The notes under the pieces: model-generated
Seen by the model: only the letters and a program-made list of their open reading frames with translations
Database searches by the model: none
Told to the model about the DNA's origin: nothing
Position numbers and translations under genes: made by a program
Source of the DNA: an uncultured Bacteroidota bacterium
GTDB taxonomy: Bacteria > Bacteroidota > Ignavibacteria > UBA10030 > UBA6906
DNA: 64,000 nucleotides
Direction: 5' to 3'
Assembly (NCBI GenBank): GCA_963700635.1
Contig: CAVOYH010000003.1
Span: 352,001 to 416,000 of the forward strand
Part shown: piece by piece, positions 33,070 to 43,564 of the stretch
How the letters are laid out: each line of letters opens with the position of its first letter
How positions within the stretch are numbered: position 1 is the first letter of the stretch

Positions 33070-35511
33070 CTACCGGACGAGCACCATGGATCGTGTTGCA
33101 CTCGTCAGACCGTTTTGCAGGCGGTACCAGTACAGACCACTCGCTAATCGCCGGGCGTCAAAGACCACGACGTGCTCTCCTCGCACCAGCAGGCCATCCA
33201 CAGCAGTCGCTACTTCCCGCCCGAGAATGTCAAAGACCTTCACGGTTACTCTCGTCCTCTCTCCATCATGGCCAGCCGCCTCCCCCAGCGTAAATCTGAT
33301 TCGTGTTTCTCCGTTAAACGGATTCGGATAATTCTGGAAAAGCTGTGTAACCAGGGGAGTTGTGACAGGCTCGACGGCAAGCGGGAGTGCACGATAGAGC
33401 AGAATCCGGATATCGTCAACAAAAATGCCGTCTCTCTGGTCAAAACTATCCGTGTCCAGACGGAACCGTAGAAGAAAATCGGTGCCGAGGAAATGCTGGA
33501 GATCCATCACCTCTTCAACCCAATCGCGTTGTATCCTGTCCAGTCCGGGTACACCCGGCACCTGTTTGCCTCCCGCCGCTCCCGATCCGGGCCGGGTAAA
33601 CTTCCCGCTCAGAGCCTTCCACGTCTGACCCTGATCCGCAGAGCCTTCCACGAGCACAATATCATACGCGGCTTCGATATCCCATCTGCTGCGAAACCGG
33701 AGTTCGGCGGCAGAACCGGCAAGCGGGATGGGTTTCTTAAGTGTAAGCACACTGCTGAGATTGGGTTGGTACTCGCCCTCCGGACTGTCGGTGTACGAAT
33801 AGCTGCCGGAGAATGCCCGTGTCCCGGTGATGTTCCACTCGGCTCCGGCCAGCGTGCTGACGGCAGCCCATGTGCCATCAAGGGTATCCACGCTATCCTC
33901 AAAAGCGATCGAAGGAACACCAAGGCGGAAACTCACAGAGTCGTGCCCGCGGCCCTTCACGGACGAAGTCCGGAGCAGGAGGGTCGCCCATGAGCCGTCG
34001 GGTTTTGTCCGATCACGGCGGAACAGGACAGGAATCGGGGAGACTGACGCCGTGGAGACAAAAACGCTGCTCGGGGAAACCTGTTCGCCGGCTGCACCTT
34101 CAAATTGTACCGTAACCCCGGGCGACGGTTGTGCTACCCCTACGCTCCTCAGTGACAGAGAGATGGATACTGTATCGTTGTCCCTTTTCTGTGTGATGGA
34201 ACCCACCTCGACAGAAAAACTTTCACCCGCAAGCCGAGCCAGACTCAGGTTGGCTTGAAGGTTCTGTTCTGCCAGCGGAGCGATCTGACCCGGGGCGGGC
34301 CAGAATCCATCGCCGATGCTTCCGACTTCCGGAGTCATTGAATAGATGACGGGCTTGACCACCGTGTCGCCGTACATCCAGTCATCTGCACCGCCGTTCG
34401 TCGGGTAACCGATGGTTTCAGCGCCGGTTCCGTACACATAATAGTTGCGCCGGGTCAGAAGATCCCCAAGCTGGAGGAACAGGGCCGAATCCGGAGTGTG
34501 TGTATTGTTATACCCCCAGGGATGGATCAGCACATTGGCATACGAGTGGTAGTTTAAGGCTGCGGAAAAGCCCTTCCGCATGCAAAATTCCCTGATCGCC
34601 GCCGTCTCCGGCTCGGAAAAGGGCCCGGTACCGCGGTAGGTATCAAATGAAGGTGTAACACTGGAACCGACATTGTCCCGCCCCCATTGAACACCATAGT
34701 TGCGGTTGAGATCCACCCCGTAGGATCCATCGACATTCCGTCGCCGGTTCTTCCGCCACATACCACCGCCGTCAGGATTGGTTGACTGGTTGTAGAGATA
34801 CCCATCGGGGTTCAGGGCAGGCACAAAAAACAACTCTCGGTGGTCAAGAATTTCCGTGACCGCTTCATCCGAACCGTAGTGTTCAAGCAGATACCACATG
34901 GTCAACAGGAGGGTCATCATGCCCTGCGGCTCGCGCGCATGGTGGAGTGCGGTATACAGCACGCGAGGCTCCGGTTCATCGATTGAGGGGTTGCGCGAGA
35001 TCTTCACAGCCCAGATCGGGCGATTCTCCACACTGAACCCGATCGTGTCGCGTCCGGATATCAAAAGGGGAAATGCCGCCTGCATGGAAGCCACTTCGAT
35101 CTCGAGTTCCGCGAGGGTCAGGAACCCCCCCATGGATCCAAGGCGAAACCGTTGTACGAGTGAGGAGGGATGAGAAGGCAGCCGGAGTGTATGATGCCGC
35201 GCTCTGTCAGCGTATGTCCGCGCGACGTCATCATCGAGAACAGAAGGTGAGAAACCCAGATCCCGCAGGCGGATGATTTCGGCAGGGGAGAGTATCAATT
35301 CTATATCGCCTGCCCCGCGGCGCACTCCATGTTCAACCGGCATTCCCGCTGCAGCGAGCCGGATCAAATCCCCCGGGCCCAGAGGAACGGACAGGCGCGT
35401 GTACCGTGGCACTTCACCGGAGGTCCCCGTACTGCCGGGGAACACGAGAAGGACAACCACACCCGCGAAACAGATCGCGCGGAAAATCTTCCAGTGTCGT
35501 GTTGATCCCAC
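33070..35511 (-). CDS. M14 zinc carboxypeptidase (carboxypeptidase T-like) with T9SS type A CTD
   Basis: HHARE, NPDG, WRKNRR, GVDLNRNY, NYHSY, TPEVG; C-terminal QNYPNPFN...GLYWYRL...MVLVR. Confidence 0.9.
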   Translation of the reverse strand: MGSTRHWKIFRAICFAGVVVLLVFPGSTGTSGEVPRYTRLSVPLGPGDLIRLAAAGMPVEHGVRRGAGDIELILSPAEIIRLRDLGFSPSVLDDDVARTYADRARHHTLRLPSHPSSLVQRFRLGSMGGFLTLAELEIEVASMQAAFPLLISGRDTIGFSVENRPIWAVKISRNPSIDEPEPRVLYTALHHAREPQGMMTLLLTMWYLLEHYGSDEAVTEILDHRELFFVPALNPDGYLYNQSTNPDGGGMWRKNRRRNVDGSYGVDLNRNYGVQWGRDNVGSSVTPSFDTYRGTGPFSEPETAAIREFCMRKGFSAALNYHSYANVLIHPWGYNNTHTPDSALFLQLGDLLTRRNYYVYGTGAETIGYPTNGGADDWMYGDTVVKPVIYSMTPEVGSIGDGFWPAPGQIAPLAEQNLQANLSLARLAGESFSVEVGSITQKRDNDTVSISLSLRSVGVAQPSPGVTVQFEGAAGEQVSPSSVFVSTASVSPIPVLFRRDRTKPDGSWATLLLRTSSVKGRGHDSVSFRLGVPSIAFEDSVDTLDGTWAAVSTLAGAEWNITGTRAFSGSYSYTDSPEGEYQPNLSSVLTLKKPIPLAGSAAELRFRSRWDIEAAYDIVLVEGSADQGQTWKALSGKFTRPGSGAAGGKQVPGVPGLDRIQRDWVEEVMDLQHFLGTDFLLRFRLDTDSFDQRDGIFVDDIRILLYRALPLAVEPVTTPLVTQLFQNYPNPFNGETRIRFTLGEAAGHDGERTRVTVKVFDILGREVATAVDGLLVRGEHVVVFDARRLASGLYWYRLQNGLTSATRSMVLVR

Positions 35512-35516
35512 GGGCT

Positions 35517-38500
35517 CTACCTCATCAGCAACATTGTTCTGGCCTCCTGATACTGCCCTACGCGCATAACATACAGATACATACCACTTGCCAGCGTCGA
35601 CGCATCAAACGATACCCTGTACTCGCCCGCCGTGAGGGGTGCGTCAACGAGCGTTGCTACCTCCCTGCCCAGAAGATCAAACACCTTGAGGATGACGCGT
35701 GGCGGGGTGGCTCCCGAACCCTGCACCCTCAGGCCAACGGTGGTCGTACTGTTAAACGGGTTCGGGTAGTTCTGCAGAAGCACGGTCGATGAAGGCAATT
35801 CCGAGGATACCCGGTCGAGGTGGGCACGGATTGAATCCGAACCACCAAACTGATAATACCGGGCGGCAAATTCCTGCACGTAGTGCATGGCAAGACCGGC
35901 GTCCTCGATGATCAGGGTGTTTTCGTTGTTTGTGTTTTCCGCTGCGTTTGACCAGTTATGCGATCCCGTTATGACCATGGGCTGCGAGGCGGGAAAACCG
36001 GCGTCTATCACCGCGTACTTGTGGTGCAGGAGTCCGGAACCGGTCTTGAGCCGGATGTCGACACCCTGGGAAACGAGGTAATCATACCGTGAGCCCGAAT
36101 CGTCTCTGTTGTCCATCACGCCGTGTAAGGAAAAGCCGGGCGCCTGTCGTTGGAGGATTGCACCGGCAATGTCGCTCCGCGTGAAGGTGAGGAGTGCAAA
36201 GTGGAATGAGTGGTTTGCTGTGGCAATCGCGTCTATGATCCGGGCTGTTGCATGGTCGCTCGGACTGAAGTAGCACGCGACGGGACGCCCGCCGATCACA
36301 AAATGATGGGGGGTATTGTCGGTTTTCCGTGCGCCAAAACGTGAAGCCGCGGCATCGGGCACTTCGGTGGCGCTTCCCCACATTTCATTAAACTCCACCG
36401 TGTATGCGCCCGCAAGTGCAGGGTCTTGAATCTCTATGGCGTTCTGATAATCATCGTTTGTTCCCGGCAGAGACGGATTCCAGGATCCGGTCCACACCCA
36501 CACGCTCTCCGGCACTCCGCCGTATGCATCGACCACCACGAACTTGTTGTGCATGAGACCGGCACCGGCATTAACCGGATCAAAGGTGTCGGTAATAAGC
36601 GGCACACCTGCTGCAACAAGGCTGTTAAAGGGCGCATTGCCGCGGTTATCCTGTTCGCTTATCACCCGTACCTTCACACCGCGCTGCCGCGCAGCAATCA
36701 GGGCTTGCGCAATATCTGTTCCGGGACCGGGCGTTCCGGAGAGATTATAAAAAGCGGCATCCACAGAGTAACGCGCAGCGGCAATTCTCCCGGTGAGCAG
36801 GGCGACAAAATTCTGATTTCCGGAAGCCGGATCACCCGGTGCGAGAGCGCTAAAAACACTTTTGTTAAAATACACGCGGATGACACCCGTTGCACGTTCC
36901 GGAGAGGTTGTGCTCACCACGATGGTGCCCGCCGTGCTCGTGTCACCGCCGGCCACTGAGAATACCTGGACGTGATAGATGCTCGCCGCGTCCAACCCTG
37001 TCACCGGAAGACTGTGCTGAATGCTCACTGCCGTGTCTGTGCCCAGAATCCCCAGCTCAAAAGAAGCGGTTTTACCGTACCGGAGACGGGATGTCCCCGG
37101 TAGCCCGGTTGTCCAGCGGATTCGGAACGAGGAGGAAGTCAGGTCTGTCTCCAGCGGCACCGACGTGATCCCCGGCCCCGTCACCATCAGATCGGTGATG
37201 CTCCGGGGCATAAGCTGGTACCCTCCTATGTACGGCGGGCTGCTGACGAACTGTCCCACAACACCGATGATATCACTCGGGGAAGTCGGAATCGGTGTCC
37301 CTACAAGATTGGTATTGTTGTCAATACGGACCTGCGTGGAATCGGTAGCATCCACAAGCACGTAGTTTGTGCCTGACGCCCACGCCCCGGTGCCGCCGAA
37401 GCGGACGTTGTTTACCCGGACCAGAAGTCCTTCATACAATTCAACACCACCCGCCCCGTCGCGGCGGATATCTGCCGCCGTCACGATCAGGGGCTCAACA
37501 ATATTCCCGCTGCCCGTAGTACGGTGAAGACGTGGATTGACGATTTCCGTCAACCCGGAAAACGGTTGCACAAGTCCCGAGACCAGCACCTCATCGCCGG
37601 TGGCGACAGCCGTGGAGAACGAGGATCCGTACACCGCCATGCCGCCGGTATTGTCCTGGATGTACGATGGCCCTCCAAATTCGTTCGCGACCGTCACAAT
37701 TCCACGGACGGTCACCAGCGTATTGTTCCGCAGCGGAACGCCGTTGAGGTCGTTTTCCTTGACCACTGAAATGGGAAGCGGTATACTGTACACGAAGATC
37801 GAAGGCTGCGTGGTGATGGCAAACACGGAATCGGAATGTGTTCCCGTGCTTGAAGAGAATGGAAAGAGCAGCGTGGTGTCGGCCGGAACGACGTTTTTCA
37901 GCGTGAGGAGCATACTGTCTGCTCCGCTCAGGGTCATCCCCGAGACCACAATGGTGTCCCCCGCGACAGTTACAGCCGGAGTCCCGCCTCCCTGCTGCAG
38001 AACGTCGGCTGGCAGGTGTGACCAGACCCACGTGGGAGGGACGCGGATGCGCACGGTCGAGATGATGTACGGTGTTTCCCCGTACACAGCAACATCCACG
38101 TCGTGTGCAATGCCGCCTGACAGGGTGGTGGGTGAAAGGAAAATGGATCCCCTCCCGGCACTCCCTCCCCCTACAGTGGCATCGGTTTCCTGTCCGGCAG
38201 TGACTGACCAGGGTCCTCTAAAAGTCTGATCGTGGCTTCCGTTATCGTTTTGAGAGACAAGCGAATCGATCGTGCCGGCCGGGACAGCGATCTTGAACCC
38301 ACCGGGTGCGTATGTGAATCCTTCTGCGATCCCGTTCTCCTCTGTCCGGTAACTGCCCACGATGACCCCGCCTGCATATGCGAGGAGTACTTTGTTCACT
38401 GCGGGGGATGAGGGACGCATGATCCATCCTCCGTTTCCCGAACCCTGCATTTCCAGGACCGAGAATGTTCTGGCATCAGAGGTAAGCCGGATGTTGGTAT

Positions 38501-38915
38501 CGCTGGTTTTTGCGGCGCGCACCGCGGCAGTGGTGCCGAGAGCGGTATTGTGTTTTGCGTAGATCCACCCCGACCAGTTGCCGGATGCATCAAGGGTCAC
38601 GACCGGCTGGTTTGAAGCGGAGTACGCAGTTCCATTGCTCCAGGCACTCCCCGTCCACATATACTCAATGGTTATCGAAGAATAGACTTTGACATACGCC
38701 TGCGCATTCGCTGCAGAAGACCATCCCTGGATCCGGACGAAGACAGCGTATGGCGTTCCGACGGATCCTGTCCCGCCGCCGCCGGCAACCGAACCGGGGA
38801 AGACGGCTGCAGTAATAGACTGAGCGGCTGCTGGCCCAATATTGGCAACGGATAGTAGCATCACAACGAAGATGAGTAATCGGATGTATCGTATATTATT
38901 GCGTCTAATCGTCAT
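35517..38915 (-). CDS. Secreted multidomain protein: OB folds, FN3-like domain, tandem PLD/Nuc-type domains, T9SS type A CTD
   Basis: Two HxKxxxxD motifs (HNKFVVVD...TGSWN; HHKYAVID...TGSHN); OB motifs VTVRGIVT, YIQD.TGG, ELYEGLLVRV; QNYPNPFN CTD. Confidence 0.85.
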   Translation of the reverse strand: MTIRRNNIRYIRLLIFVVMLLSVANIGPAAAQSITAAVFPGSVAGGGGTGSVGTPYAVFVRIQGWSSAANAQAYVKVYSSITIEYMWTGSAWSNGTAYSASNQPVVTLDASGNWSGWIYAKHNTALGTTAAVRAAKTSDTNIRLTSDARTFSVLEMQGSGNGGWIMRPSSPAVNKVLLAYAGGVIVGSYRTEENGIAEGFTYAPGGFKIAVPAGTIDSLVSQNDNGSHDQTFRGPWSVTAGQETDATVGGGSAGRGSIFLSPTTLSGGIAHDVDVAVYGETPYIISTVRIRVPPTWVWSHLPADVLQQGGGTPAVTVAGDTIVVSGMTLSGADSMLLTLKNVVPADTTLLFPFSSSTGTHSDSVFAITTQPSIFVYSIPLPISVVKENDLNGVPLRNNTLVTVRGIVTVANEFGGPSYIQDNTGGMAVYGSSFSTAVATGDEVLVSGLVQPFSGLTEIVNPRLHRTTGSGNIVEPLIVTAADIRRDGAGGVELYEGLLVRVNNVRFGGTGAWASGTNYVLVDATDSTQVRIDNNTNLVGTPIPTSPSDIIGVVGQFVSSPPYIGGYQLMPRSITDLMVTGPGITSVPLETDLTSSSFRIRWTTGLPGTSRLRYGKTASFELGILGTDTAVSIQHSLPVTGLDAASIYHVQVFSVAGGDTSTAGTIVVSTTSPERATGVIRVYFNKSVFSALAPGDPASGNQNFVALLTGRIAAARYSVDAAFYNLSGTPGPGTDIAQALIAARQRGVKVRVISEQDNRGNAPFNSLVAAGVPLITDTFDPVNAGAGLMHNKFVVVDAYGGVPESVWVWTGSWNPSLPGTNDDYQNAIEIQDPALAGAYTVEFNEMWGSATEVPDAAASRFGARKTDNTPHHFVIGGRPVACYFSPSDHATARIIDAIATANHSFHFALLTFTRSDIAGAILQRQAPGFSLHGVMDNRDDSGSRYDYLVSQGVDIRLKTGSGLLHHKYAVIDAGFPASQPMVITGSHNWSNAAENTNNENTLIIEDAGLAMHYVQEFAARYYQFGGSDSIRAHLDRVSSELPSSTVLLQNYPNPFNSTTTVGLRVQGSGATPPRVILKVFDLLGREVATLVDAPLTAGEYRVSFDASTLASGMYLYVMRVGQYQEARTMLLMR

Positions 38916-39237
38916 ATTTCTTCCAAAAAACTCGTTATGGAACGGGTGCTTTTTCGAGCTTGCTGTGACTCACTGTGATCTCAAGATACCCATACACCTT
39001 CCCAGGTGCAAGAATCAGTAATGATTTCATAACTTGTTTTTGAAGATTTTCTTGTAGACATTTGTGGCACCTCTCACGGTCACCCCGTTCCAATTCAGAT
39101 TCCGCCACGCTACCAGATGTCTTGGTGGCCCAGACATTCGGCGCCGTACGTTGAGGATAGAGTTCTGCGTTTGCTGAAACAGCGTTCCACCGTTCATCCC
39201 ACAACACAATTCAACACACATCACCAGGAGGTAATGT

Positions 39238-42147
39238 ATGGTCAGGACTCTTACTGCGTTCTTTGTCCTGCTCCTCATGCAATCGATCGCCTTTTCCCAG
39301 GGAGAAATCCGGGGACGGTTGATCGATTCAGAAGGAAAGGGTCCGCTTGTCGGTGCCACCGTCACGCTTGTCGGCACGAAGATGGGCGCTGTCTCGGACC
39401 TGGATGGCAAGTATGCCATCGCAAATGTTCCGGCCGGACAGTACACGGTGCGCTTTGCGTATGTCGGGTACATCTCAGCGCAACGCCGCGCAACTGTGGC
39501 GAACAGTCCCGTGACGCTCGATGTCGCACTCGATCCCACAATGATCCAGTCCAGCGAGGTTATTATCGAGGTTAACCGCGCGCGGGATCGCGAGACTCCC
39601 GTTGCATTCAGCAACATCGAGAAGATGGACATTGAACAGAGGATTCACGGACAGGATGCACCCCTGCTCGTCCAGGGCACTCCGGGTGTGTACACCTATT
39701 CCACCGATGGTGTTGGAAACGGCGAAGCCAAAGTGTTCGTGCGCGGGTTCAATCAGAACTACGTGCAGGTGCTCGTCAACGGTGTGCCGACCAACGATCC
39801 GGAATCCAATTCCGTGTACTGGTCGAACTGGGGTTCGGTCTCTTCATCAGCCGCATCCATTCAGATTCAGCGTGGCGCAGGATCATCCCTGTATGGCGCG
39901 GGTTCATTCGGCGGCTCCTTCAACATCGTCACCGCTGATGCACCCGCACAATCACGGTATGCCCTAAACCTGGCAATGGGTGATCCCTTCAACTCGATGT
40001 TCGGTATCGAAGCAAATACCGGTCTCATCAACAACAAGTTCGCCGCGACGGTTCGTCTTGACCGCAAAGTCGCGGAGGGAAGCCGCGTGAGCGGACGGTA
40101 CGAGGGCACAAACTACTACACATCCCTCGCATGGTACATCAATCCGCAACAGAGCCTGAAGTTTGTCCTCCACGGCGCACCGCAGGAACACGGCTATTCC
40201 TGGAGCAACGATGTCAGTTATTTCAAAAAATTCGGCTACAAGGCAAATCCGGCCCCGTTCTTACCACGGTCTGTGGTGGATGCAATGCCGGCGAATGCAA
40301 AGACCGGTCTGCCCAACTACGGCCTGCTAGACGACAGCCGCGAGCTTGTGGATGGGCGATTTGTAAACCTCGCGCACAATTTCTTCCACAAGGCGCAGGC
40401 AGAGCTGCACTACCGGTATGATATCAGCCCGATTTCATCGGTTCAGGCGACCGCCTTCTATTCGAAAGGCCGCGGGGGCGGGTCCAGCATGAACAGCACC
40501 GGCACCACTTACCGCCGGAATTCTGACGGGACCATCACCAATCTTCTCGGACCGGGAGGATACATCATTGACCCGGCCGTGGCACGGAATATCTACCTTG
40601 TAAACGCCTTCCAGCGTATCAGTTATTCATTACACCAGCAAGGCGGCATCCTGGCCAGCTTCACCACGAAGCCCGTTGACTTTTTGACCGTCACCGCCGG
40701 CGGTGAGTATCGCTCATGGACGGCCGACCATCCCGGTCATTTTGTCAACCTGTACGGCAAGACCTCGGTTAACGCAAGTTATGCCCGCCGCGACTCGTTG
40801 GGCAAAATCATGACCAGCACATTCTCCCGCCGTGTGTACCAGGGCGACCTGAACGGACCGGAAAGTGATCTCGGAAGCATCTTTGGCTGGAATATGGCAG
40901 AAGGAAACGACGCGGCATATTCATCGCAGTACAGGAATTACAAAGGCGAAACCCCACAGTACACGATCTTCCTGCAGGGTAATGCTCAGTTCGGAAAAGT
41001 CAACTTTATGGGGTCGATTCAGTACGTGTGGTATAAATACGTCCTGAGTGAAAACATGCCCAGCGAGAATGCCATCGGACGTATGTTGAGCCGCGCAGAA
41101 GAAACATCACGCGGCACGCTGGCCGAAGGCCCGGTTGGAAACGGCAAATTCCTCATGAAAGATAATGCCGCGACCGCTCCCCGCTGGTACGAGTTCGACC
41201 TTGTGAACGAGGCTCGCTCCCGCGGATTTGTGCAACCCAAAGGAGGCGTGAACGTTAACCTCACCGACAACCTGAACGTGTTCGGCAACTATGCTCATGC
41301 CGAGCGGTTCGTGGACCTCGGCGTGTACTACAACCAGGGCCGCGTTGATCCTCTGGTAGAGGATGAAAAATCAGATCAGCTCGAAGCCGGACTTGGCTGG
41401 ACCTCGTCATGGATGCGTGCAAAGGTGAATGCCTACTGGATGACATGGGCAAACAAATCCACCCGCATTACCGACCTTTCCAAAGCAGGTGAGCCGGGAT
41501 ATGACCGGAACGGCAACCGCTCCGAGCTCGTCGGCAAATCCATACACCAGGGAATTGAAGCAGAAGCACTGGTCAGTCTGGATGAATACATGCCGGTCAA
41601 GGGTTTTGAGCTCACCGGAAGCTTTACCCTGATGGACAACCGGTGGAAGGATATCCTGGATAAGGTGCTCAAGGATCCGGTCACCGGAGCACGGCGCGCG
41701 TTTAACACCAGCGCTCTGAACGAAAAGGGTAAGGTGGACACGCTGTTCTTCGACGAACTGAAAGACACGCCTGTTGCCAGCGGACCCCAGACGATGCTCT
41801 CCATCGGCCTGAACTACCGCTCGCAATCCTTCTTCATGGGTCTTAATGTCAACTACTTTGCGCGACTCGTCGCTCTTGACGGAGGGTCGTACATGGCGGT
41901 GGACGGCGGATGGGCATTCGTGAACAGCAAACGCGTCTTTGATCCCAAGTTCGATTCCAAGCTCCCATCCTACACGGTGGTCAATCTTAATTTCGGGACA
42001 CACTTCGACCTGCTCGGCCTCAAATCATCTGCGTCGGTGCAGGTCCTGAACGCGCTGGACAGCGAATTCTTTGCAGATGCCGACCGGAGTGGTGTTATTC
42101 CGGGCATTGGCAGGGCATTCCGGCTTAGCCTGTCCACAGGATTCTGA
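39238..42147 (+). CDS. TonB-dependent receptor with N-terminal carboxypeptidase-regulatory-like domain
   Basis: Signal peptide; GATV...DLDGKY; plug VRGF...NGVP.ND...IQRG.GSSLYG; terminal Phe; AGGAGG RBS. Confidence 0.92.
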   Translation: MVRTLTAFFVLLLMQSIAFSQGEIRGRLIDSEGKGPLVGATVTLVGTKMGAVSDLDGKYAIANVPAGQYTVRFAYVGYISAQRRATVANSPVTLDVALDPTMIQSSEVIIEVNRARDRETPVAFSNIEKMDIEQRIHGQDAPLLVQGTPGVYTYSTDGVGNGEAKVFVRGFNQNYVQVLVNGVPTNDPESNSVYWSNWGSVSSSAASIQIQRGAGSSLYGAGSFGGSFNIVTADAPAQSRYALNLAMGDPFNSMFGIEANTGLINNKFAATVRLDRKVAEGSRVSGRYEGTNYYTSLAWYINPQQSLKFVLHGAPQEHGYSWSNDVSYFKKFGYKANPAPFLPRSVVDAMPANAKTGLPNYGLLDDSRELVDGRFVNLAHNFFHKAQAELHYRYDISPISSVQATAFYSKGRGGGSSMNSTGTTYRRNSDGTITNLLGPGGYIIDPAVARNIYLVNAFQRISYSLHQQGGILASFTTKPVDFLTVTAGGEYRSWTADHPGHFVNLYGKTSVNASYARRDSLGKIMTSTFSRRVYQGDLNGPESDLGSIFGWNMAEGNDAAYSSQYRNYKGETPQYTIFLQGNAQFGKVNFMGSIQYVWYKYVLSENMPSENAIGRMLSRAEETSRGTLAEGPVGNGKFLMKDNAATAPRWYEFDLVNEARSRGFVQPKGGVNVNLTDNLNVFGNYAHAERFVDLGVYYNQGRVDPLVEDEKSDQLEAGLGWTSSWMRAKVNAYWMTWANKSTRITDLSKAGEPGYDRNGNRSELVGKSIHQGIEAEALVSLDEYMPVKGFELTGSFTLMDNRWKDILDKVLKDPVTGARRAFNTSALNEKGKVDTLFFDELKDTPVASGPQTMLSIGLNYRSQSFFMGLNVNYFARLVALDGGSYMAVDGGWAFVNSKRVFDPKFDSKLPSYTVVNLNFGTHFDLLGLKSSASVQVLNALDSEFFADADRSGVIPGIGRAFRLSLSTGF

Positions 42148-42259
42148 CCGTGTGCTTTTCGGACTCCCCCGGTACGCCGGAGTAGTCCACGCTCCGTTGC
42201 CCTTCTGAGGGCGCGCAGGACACAGTCAGTTGTAGATCATCTGTGGTATGGAGAAGTAC

Positions 42260-42302
42260 AGAAGGCGGCGGACACAGAAATGTGTCCGCCGCCTTCTCTT
42301 TG
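42260..42302 (+). terminator. Intrinsic terminator downstream of the TBDT
   Basis: Perfect 17-bp stem AGAAGGCGGCGGACACA-GAAA-TGTGTCCGCCGCCTTCT, followed by CTTT. Confidence 0.8.
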
Positions 42303-42412
42303 GACGGGCGAATTGCTTTTTCAGGGATTATTGACGAAATTTCTGTAGTGTTTTGTTTTTTCCACGCCATTCACCCCGATCATTCCGAGCTCACATTCGC
42401 AGAGAGGTTTTT

Positions 42413-43489
42413 ATGCACAAGAAACTCTTTATCCCCGGTCCGACAGAAGTTGCCCCCGATGTTCTTCAGAAAATGGCCACTCCGATGATCGGTCACCGGT
42501 CAAAGGACGCGTCAACACTCCAGCGCGAGATCAGTGAAAAGATGCGAAAGGTATTCCATACCGCGAACCCCATTCTTCTTTCCACCACGTCGGGATCGGG
42601 CCTGATGGAAGGATCCATCCGATCCCTCACCGCAAAACGGGCGGTGGTCTTCTCCGTCGGTGCATTTGGCAACCGCTGGTACAAGATGGCCGAAGCAAAT
42701 GGTGTCGGAGCCGACAAAGTGGAGTCCGAATGGGGTAAACCCACCACCCCGGAAATGGTGGACAAAGCCCTTGCCACCGGCAAATATGATGTGTTTACCG
42801 TCACGCATAATGAGACATCCACGGGAATTATGAATCCGGTCGCGGAAATCGCAGAAGTGAGGAAGAAGTATCCGGATGTACTCTGGCTTGTTGATGCTGT
42901 CAGCTCCATGGCAGGTGCGAAAATAGAAGTTGACAAGCTCGGCATTGACGTCTGTATCACATCCACCCAAAAAGCCCTGGCCCTCCCTCCCGGAATGGCA
43001 ATCTGCTCTATCACGCCGCGGGCCCTGGAGCACGGGAAGCTGGTAAAACAGCGCGGATGGTATCTGGATCTCCTGGAGATCTACAAATACGTCGAGACCA
43101 AGGACCATCAGTACTCTGCAACGCCTTCGCTCTCCCACATGTTTGCCCTGAATTACCAGCTGGACCGGATCCTTGCCGAAGGTCTCGAAAAAAGGTACGC
43201 ACGGCACAGGGAAATGGCCGAATACACGCGCGCGTGGGCGAAGAAAAACTTTGCACTCTTTCCCCAGGAGAACTGTGCGTCCCTGACGCTGACGACCATC
43301 ACCAATACTCGGTCGATCTCGGTAAAGGCGCTGAACGACGCCCTGGCTAAGATGGGGATGCAGATCTCCAACGGTTATGGTGACCTCAAGGAAAAAACAT
43401 TCCGCATCGCACACATGGGTGAGCTGACGATGTCGGACATCAAGGAAGTCATCGCCGCGATCGACAAGATCCTTCCGACGCTCGGCTGA
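42413..43489 (+). CDS. Class V PLP aminotransferase (alanine-glyoxylate/serine-pyruvate family)
   Basis: LFIPGPT, IGHRS, HNETSTG, VDAVSS, STQKALALPPG, FRIAHMG. ATG 42413 after a GAGAGG RBS. Confidence 0.92.
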   Translation: MHKKLFIPGPTEVAPDVLQKMATPMIGHRSKDASTLQREISEKMRKVFHTANPILLSTTSGSGLMEGSIRSLTAKRAVVFSVGAFGNRWYKMAEANGVGADKVESEWGKPTTPEMVDKALATGKYDVFTVTHNETSTGIMNPVAEIAEVRKKYPDVLWLVDAVSSMAGAKIEVDKLGIDVCITSTQKALALPPGMAICSITPRALEHGKLVKQRGWYLDLLEIYKYVETKDHQYSATPSLSHMFALNYQLDRILAEGLEKRYARHREMAEYTRAWAKKNFALFPQENCASLTLTTITNTRSISVKALNDALAKMGMQISNGYGDLKEKTFRIAHMGELTMSDIKEVIAAIDKILPTLG

Positions 43490-43564
43490 AATACCCCGGC
43501 AGGGTGCAGGTAAAGCACCCCGGGAAGGTCAAAGAGTCACACATTCACAACGCACATCGAGGCC

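Noticed and set aside
38940-39025. TPP-riboswitch-like words (GGGTGC...ATACCC...ACCT...CCAGGT) upstream of the TBDT
   Set aside because: The conserved CTGAGA and the TGAT...TAAT...GCG.AGGGA elements are missing, and it lies right beside the divergent gene start. An Rfam scan would settle it.
42271-42286. GACA...TGTC upstream of the aminotransferase as a third operator box
   Set aside because: The spacing is N8 rather than N4, and it is part of the terminator stem.
42512-43414. Long antisense ORFs (for example 300 aa here, 7051-7851, 57232-57969)
   Set aside because: They are shadows of well-supported genes in GC-rich DNA and have no recognisable motifs.
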